Origin: Octopus sinensis
Taxonomy: Eukaryota
Length of the DNA: 64,000 nt
Direction of reading: 5' to 3'
Assembly (NCBI RefSeq): GCF_006345805.1
Contig: NC_043016.1
Coordinates: forward strand, 27,094,001-27,158,000
In this document: in pieces, positions 61,901 to 64,000 of the stretch
How the letters are laid out: the number at the start of each line of letters is the position of its first letter
Numbering within the stretch: the stretch's first letter is position 1
Made by a program: the position numbers and the translations under genes
The notes under the pieces: model-generated
Told to the model about the DNA's origin: nothing
Databases searched by the model: none
Seen by the model: only the letters and a program-made list of their open reading frames with translations

Positions 61901-62239
61901 TTCATTCTAATAAACCTTATTTTTAAAAATATATCTTCATTTTCTCAATTTATCGACGCAATTATAAATATAAATGAATTTCATCATGTAGGAACTGTTT
62001 AAAGAAAATATGACTGATTTTACATGTTTATTCCTCTTGCAGGAAGGGCTTTATGTGCAAGCAGTGAGCACTCCTTTACAGCGAGCCACTTCTGAAGAAA
62101 GTCTTAACAGTAGCAAAAGTTCCGCAGTCCCGAATATAAATGTGGAAAATTATGCCACTACAGACCTTCGGTTTAGCAAAAATGCACCTGTCAGGAAACA
62201 AGTTGCAATGATCAAATCAGAAAAAGATCCTAGGGATAG
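6272..62239 (+). CDS. SIPA1L: Partial multi-exon gene: signal-induced proliferation-associated 1-like (SIPA1L/SPAR family) RapGAP-PDZ protein; 18 exons traced, 5' and 3' ends not identified
   Basis: Spliced translation contains [61 protein letters not shown] and the PDZ motif [13 protein letters not shown], all SIPA1/SIPA1L hallmarks. All introns are GT-AG with matching phases. The paralog number cannot be assigned. Confidence 0.95.
6605..7380 (+). mobile_element. Decayed L1/Tx1-clade LINE, ORF2 3' fragment
   Basis: Frameshifted translation: [46 protein letters not shown], and a C-terminal FFKYYLKR...[13 protein letters not shown]. Confidence 0.6.
7501..14290. repeat. Simple-sequence satellite: 14-bp unit (TATGTCTCTGTCTG)n from about 7735 to 13680, flanked by (TCTA)n-type and (CTATCTCTGTCTGT)n tracts, ending in (TCCA)n
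   Basis: Direct reading. It explains all the long [13 protein letters not shown] and [13 protein letters not shown] ORFs. Confidence 0.98.
17869..18057 (+). CDS. SIPA1L: SIPA1L exon 2
   Basis: ttaag|CTC GCA...CAA AGA|gtaag; [63 protein letters not shown]; 189 nt, phase 0 to 0. Confidence 0.94.
18254..18555 (+). mobile_element. tRNA-derived SINE with LINE-type 3' tail
   Basis: ggaggcacgtggcctagtggttagagc (A-box), gggtttgaatctc (B-box), gtttatgagcaaaacacc core, 3' ggctcaagaaggaacaaacaac. Confidence 0.7.
19312..19510. mobile_element. MITE family B, degenerate
   Basis: taatcattttgataccaac...aaataacaaaag; internal ttaattgaaacaaag motif shared with the other copies. Confidence 0.55.
20560..20787. 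mobile_element. MITE family B, intact ends
   Basis: ttaacccttttgatacc...cagtaacaaaagggttaa; TTAA at both ends. Confidence 0.75.
20996..21071 (+). CDS. SIPA1L: SIPA1L exon 3 (RapGAP start)
   Basis: tttag|ATT ACA...AAT AAT G|gtgag; [25 protein letters not shown]; phase 0 to 1. Confidence 0.94.
21117..21338. mobile_element. MITE family B
   Basis: tgactcttttattaccagcc...tatggtaacaaaatggttaa. Confidence 0.6.
21430..23560 (-). mobile_element. Old fragmented RTE-clade LINE (RT core to 3' end), interrupted by MITE B pieces and a SINE
   Basis: Minus-strand translation: [72 protein letters not shown] (22.9-23.5 kb). C-terminal [23 protein letters not shown] (21.4-21.7 kb). Confidence 0.65.
22636..22863 (+). 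mobile_element. SINE with 15-bp target-site duplication
   Basis: ggcgagctggcagaaacgttagcac...ggtcgactttgcctttcatcctttcagggtcgattaaataagtaccag...; TSD agaaatatcatatga at 22621-22635 and 22864-22878. Confidence 0.85.
24209..24307 (+). CDS. SIPA1L: SIPA1L exon 4 (RapGAP)
   Basis: ttcag|AG AAT CAC...AAT AAA A|gtatg; [33 protein letters not shown]; phase 1 to 1. Confidence 0.94.
25311..25573 (-). mobile_element. SINE/RTE-tail element (family ending ...ggacgttaaacgatgatgatg)
   Basis: catcatcatcgtttaacgtccgttttccatgctagcatggg...; homologous to 28545, 56330, 59623 and 63035. Confidence 0.8.
26824..26927 (+). CDS. SIPA1L: SIPA1L exon 5 (RapGAP)
   Basis: tccag|TG GAT TCA...CAA CAG|gtaaa; [35 protein letters not shown]; phase 1 to 0. 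Confidence 0.94.
27377..27750 (+). mobile_element. tRNA-derived SINE, near full length
   Basis: ggcataggagtggctgtgtggtaagtagc, ggttcagtcc (B-box), ggcaccttgggcaagtgtctt core, 3' gtcaaatgactgaaacaactaaaagagt; same family as 51730. Confidence 0.85.
27994..28151 (+). CDS. SIPA1L: SIPA1L exon 6 (RapGAP catalytic motif)
   Basis: ctcag|CTT CTC CGC...TCA TAC AG|gtata; [52 protein letters not shown]; catalytic Asn codon AAC at 28018-28020; phase 0 to 2. Confidence 0.96.
28545..28797 (-). mobile_element. SINE/RTE-tail element
   Basis: catcatcatcattattgtttaacgtccgttttccatgctagc... Confidence 0.8.
30146..30188 (-). ncRNA. Minimal type I hammerhead ribozyme motif (left arm)
   Basis: Minus strand reads CCAC-CUGAAGA-UUGUC gaucaa GACAA-GAAA-C GAUU GUA/GUGG: complete core, 4-bp stem I, 5-bp stem II, self-complementary stem III. 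Confidence 0.85.
34590..34632 (+). ncRNA. Minimal type I hammerhead ribozyme motif (right arm, sense to the host pre-mRNA)
   Basis: ccac ctgaaga ttgtc gatcaa gacaa gaaa c gatt gta gtgg; predicted cleavage after 34628. Confidence 0.85.
34740..35226. mobile_element. AT-rich mini-element with inverted termini carrying the third hammerhead
   Basis: Left tatgtatgtatattttta...tttatttattttttaaa...tataaatatcaaa mirrors right tttgatatttata...ttaaaaaataaataaataaaaatatacataca; flanked by (TA)n. Confidence 0.6.
34872..34965 (-). ncRNA. Type I hammerhead ribozyme motif with extended stem II
   Basis: Minus strand reads aac CUGAAGA uugACUGUAACCA...UGGUUACAGccau GAAA C GAUC GUA/guu; stem III ACGAUCGU is a perfect palindrome. 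Confidence 0.7.
35576..35679 (+). CDS. SIPA1L: SIPA1L exon 7 (RapGAP)
   Basis: tttag|T GTT GCT...GCC AAA T|gttagt; [35 protein letters not shown]; phase 2 to 1. Confidence 0.93.
36225..36359 (+). CDS. SIPA1L: SIPA1L exon 8 (RapGAP end)
   Basis: ttaag|TG ATT AAT...AAA CTT A|gtaag; [45 protein letters not shown]; phase 1 to 1. Confidence 0.93.
38106..38203 (+). CDS. SIPA1L: SIPA1L exon 9
   Basis: tttag|GT AAA TTT...GTT AAG|gtcag; [33 protein letters not shown]; phase 1 to 0. Confidence 0.88.
38857..38931. repeat. Perfect 26-bp inverted repeat with 23-nt loop
   Basis: gatacctgtaatgaggtttgaactta / taagttcaaacctcattacaggtatc. Confidence 0.95.
39608..39753 (+). CDS. SIPA1L: SIPA1L exon 10
   Basis: catag|GTT GAA...ACT ACT AG|gtaag; [48 protein letters not shown]; phase 0 to 2. 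Confidence 0.9.
41159..41273 (+). CDS. SIPA1L: SIPA1L exon 11
   Basis: tctag|T CTA AAA...TGT CAA|gtaag; [39 protein letters not shown]; phase 2 to 0. Confidence 0.9.
42514..42736 (-). mobile_element. CR1-clade LINE 3' end fragment
   Basis: Minus strand: [46 protein letters not shown], then a short UTR and a (TAAC)n tail. Confidence 0.8.
43071..43278 (+). mobile_element. SINE, same family as 22636
   Basis: tggcagaatcgttagc...gtcaaccttgcctttcatccttttggagttgattaaataagtaccagttacgcactgg. Confidence 0.75.
43340..43590 (+). CDS. SIPA1L: SIPA1L exon 12 (PDZ domain)
   Basis: tccag|ACA CAA GAA...CCA AG|gtaat; [83 protein letters not shown]; phase 0 to 2. Confidence 0.95.
45178..45396. mobile_element. 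MITE family A
   Basis: ttaaccctttagctttc...ctgaatactaaagggttaa. Confidence 0.75.
49221..49447. mobile_element. MITE family A
   Basis: ttaacccttttagtacttaaaccggcc...aaaacggttaa. Confidence 0.7.
49927..50124. mobile_element. MITE family A (internal deletion)
   Basis: ttaaccctttagcattcag...aaatgctaaagagttaa. Confidence 0.75.
51730..52148 (+). mobile_element. tRNA-derived SINE (family of 27377) inserted inside a MITE B copy (about 51658-52285)
   Basis: ggcgtaggtgtggctgtgtggtaagtagc...gactgaaacaagtaaaagagt; MITE B halves lie on either side. Confidence 0.8.
53199..53408. mobile_element. MITE family A
   Basis: ttaaccctttagcatttaaacc...ctgaatgctaaagggttaa. Confidence 0.8.
54697..54911 (+). CDS. 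SIPA1L: SIPA1L exon 13 (low-complexity tail)
   Basis: attag|A TCT GAT...CTT TCA G|gtaaa; [72 protein letters not shown]; phase 2 to 1 fits its neighbours. Homology not recognisable. Confidence 0.78.
55542..55597 (+). CDS. SIPA1L: SIPA1L exon 14 (short)
   Basis: tgcag|GT AGC AAA...ATG CCG|gtatt; [19 protein letters not shown]; phase 1 to 0 bridges exons 13 and 15. Confidence 0.7.
55996..56272. mobile_element. Foldback element (family shared with 60741)
   Basis: ~75-bp arms ctgttgtgttggggagagtaattttc...ccggtaaaatttccactt / aagtggaattttaccgg...ctctcccagagacaacag, plus a shared 3' extension atatgcttcaacacacgaactcata. Confidence 0.75.
56330..56855 (+). mobile_element. SINE/RTE-tail element, longer copy
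   Basis: ...gttggcgttaggaagggcatccagctgtagaaac...ggacgttaaacgatgatgatgat. Confidence 0.8.
57250..58125 (-). mobile_element. Decayed RTE-clade LINE 3' region with C2H2-like remnants
   Basis: IYFRQVSQK...[53 protein letters not shown] is a typical RTE ORF C-terminus; followed by ...[13 protein letters not shown] and [22 protein letters not shown]. Confidence 0.75.
58295..58748 (+). CDS. SIPA1L: SIPA1L exon 15 (Ser-rich)
   Basis: tccag|ATA AGC AAA...TGC CAA G|gtcagt; open for 151 codons ([32 protein letters not shown]...NFMQLSCQ); phase 0 to 1. Confidence 0.8.
59623..59908 (-). mobile_element. SINE/RTE-tail element
   Basis: catcatcatcgtttaacatccattttccatgctagcatggg... Confidence 0.8.
60399..60555 (+). 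CDS. SIPA1L: SIPA1L exon 16
   Basis: ttcag|AA GAG ATG...TCT AGC AA|gtaag; [52 protein letters not shown]; phase 1 to 2. Confidence 0.8.
60741..61075. mobile_element. Foldback element, nearly fully palindromic from 60741 to 61021
   Basis: Centre ccttttcaatagtc-aa-gactattgaaaagg; arms mirror out to ttctgttgtgtct / agacacaacagaa. Confidence 0.8.
61301..61550 (+). CDS. SIPA1L: SIPA1L exon 17
   Basis: caaaag|A AAT TTA...TCT CCT|gtgag; [19 protein letters not shown]...[26 protein letters not shown]; the LQEDLLRL segment resembles the SPAR C-terminal region; phase 2 to 0. Confidence 0.8.
62043..62239 (+). CDS. SIPA1L: SIPA1L exon 18 (last traced)
   Basis: tgcag|GAA GGG CTT...GAT AG|gtctg; [65 protein letters not shown]; phase 0 to 2. 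Confidence 0.78.
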
Positions 62240-63034
62240 GTCTGTGTGTTTTTTTTCTTTTCTTTTCTTTATTTTTTTTTTATTTTACATTGCTTAATGT
62301 TGTATTTAAAATAAATTTTATTTTATAAAATTTCATTTTAACCCAATCCTCATTGCCAAGCCTTGAAGCTATGGCTGAATACACTTGTTTGTCTAAAGTG
62401 TGTGCATAGCAGAATTGAACCCAGCACCATGTGACTGCAGAGTAAACTTCTTTAGGCACCCAGTCGTACCTGCTTAGCTTCTACCCCTATAAACGTTATA
62501 GACCTTTCCTCCTAAGCACAAATGATTTATTGAACAAATCTTCTTTCACATACCGTTGTGCTGCTCTCTTTCTCCCCCCCACTCTCTCTCTTGCACACAC
62601 ACACCCACCCACACACACACACACCCACACAATGACTACAGTGGCATCTGGTCCTCTGGCCTAGAAAATTGTTTAACTACCTTTGTACTAAACACTGCAT
62701 GTAATTTTTCCTCTCAGAACCTGTTTCTTGCTTCTGGAACCTCTCCTAACTCTCAATTCCCTTACAGTCAGCAATCTGCAGAAGTTCATATTAAATCTCA
62801 TTAATTATACATATGTATACAAATACACACACACACACATGCACTTGATTTGAACTTTCTATTTGTAAAACAGTATTTTGGATAGAAAGTTAAGAAGCTA
62901 CTATTTATAGCTTTATCTACTTTGAATTCTATTGTTAAAAACAAGTTAAATATTACATGTTCCCCGAAAGTTTCTAAAGTCTTATGACATAAACAAAATA
63001 TTTACTTATACATATATATATATATATATACTAC

Positions 63035-63197
63035 ACTCATGGAGTGGTTGGTGTTAGGAAGGGCATCCAGCTGTAGAAACACTGACAGATCAGACTGGAG
63101 CCTGGTGCAGCCTCCTGGCTTCCCAGACCCCGGTCGAACCATCCAACACGTGCTAGCGCAGAAAACGGACGTTAAACGATGATGATAATGATGATGA
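63035..63197 (+). mobile_element. SINE/RTE-tail element, 5'-truncated
   Basis: cactcatggagtggttggtgttaggaagggcatcc...ggacgttaaacgatgatgat. Confidence 0.8.
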
Positions 63198-63241
63198 TAT
63201 ATATATTTATAAGAAAATTAGATGTCAAAGGAATATCTTAA

Positions 63242-63375
63242 GAACTTCACTAGCTTACAGTTGTTTCTTCTGTAAGATGCGGTGGACTCTGATGAAGCTA
63301 TAAGGTGTTACTCAGACACTCAGCTGTGAGTCCACTGCATCTTATAGCAGAAACAGTTGTAAGCTTATGAAGTTC
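63242..63375. mobile_element. Hairpin element with a degenerate hammerhead-like centre
   Basis: gaacttca..gcttacagttgtttc..taagatgcggtggactc / gagtccactgcatcttat..gaaacagttgtaagct..tgaagttc. Confidence 0.6.
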
Positions 63376-64000
63376 ATAATCACTTATTCCTTTGTCATCT
63401 CATTTTCTTATTACTGTTCTGTACTTGAGTAATACTTCGTTTTGAAGCATATGTATATTGAGTTCTACACCAGGTTGTTTGTATTGCAACACATAACCAA
63501 AGAATATATATATATATACAATCATCATCGTTTAATGTCCATCTTCCATGCATGCATAAGTAGGACAGTTGACAGGAGCCGGCCAGATAGAAAAACTACT
63601 CTAGGCTACTGTGTCTGTTTTGGCAGAGATTTTACGGTTGGATTTTACCAACCACTCTGCAAAGTGTTTTTTATGTAGCACTAGCACAGATGAAGTCAGT
63701 TTCAGCATGATTTTTACAGTTGGATGCCCTTCCAAATGCCAATCACTTTATAGTGTGGTCTGGATGCTTTTAATGTGGCACCAGCACTGGCAGAGTTACC
63801 AAGTAACTCACAAGATAAGGAATTATGAGAGGAGCATTTGAAGAGGGGGACTTGTGCCAGACAATGAAAGGTTAGAGTGAAACAGAGAAATAGAGAGGCA
63901 GAAATAGATGTCTCGCTATAGAGGAGGTACATGGTTACCTAGTAAGATAGAGAATTAGTGAGAGGTACAAGAAAGAGGCCAGAAACAAGTGTGCTGATGT

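Noticed and set aside
62700-62804. Candidate next exon after exon 18 (ctctcag|AACCTG...)
   Set aside because: No donor and no recognisable SIPA1L C-terminal or coiled-coil sequence. The true next exon is probably beyond the window.

Overview
AT-rich eukaryotic genomic DNA with many microsatellites. The SINE and MITE families suggest an octopod cephalopod (inference). The window lies inside one + strand multi-exon gene, a SIPA1L/SPAR-family Rap GTPase-activating protein with a RapGAP domain (intact RKRHIGND motif), a PDZ domain and a Ser-rich tail. I traced 18 GT-AG exons with consistent phases from 6272 to 62239 (2950 nt, about 983 codons). Start and stop codons lie outside what I could trace. 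Introns contain a ~6.8 kb simple-sequence satellite (7.5-14.3 kb), tRNA-derived SINEs, TTAA-flanked MITEs, decayed Tx1, RTE and CR1 LINE fragments, a Helitron-like element and several foldback elements. The most striking structure is a ~5.6 kb near-perfect inverted duplication (29.77-35.38 kb) embedded in (TA)n in the intron after exon 6. Its arms are extremely strand-skewed and carry minimal type I hammerhead ribozyme motifs of the Penelope-like-element kind (30146-30188 minus, 34590-34632 plus). A third hammerhead with a long stem II sits in a nested mini-element (34872-34965 minus). Degenerate hammerhead-like relics occur in two unrelated foldback elements (about 2.0-2.35 kb and 63.3 kb). 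All coordinates were counted by hand; repeat boundaries are approximate.
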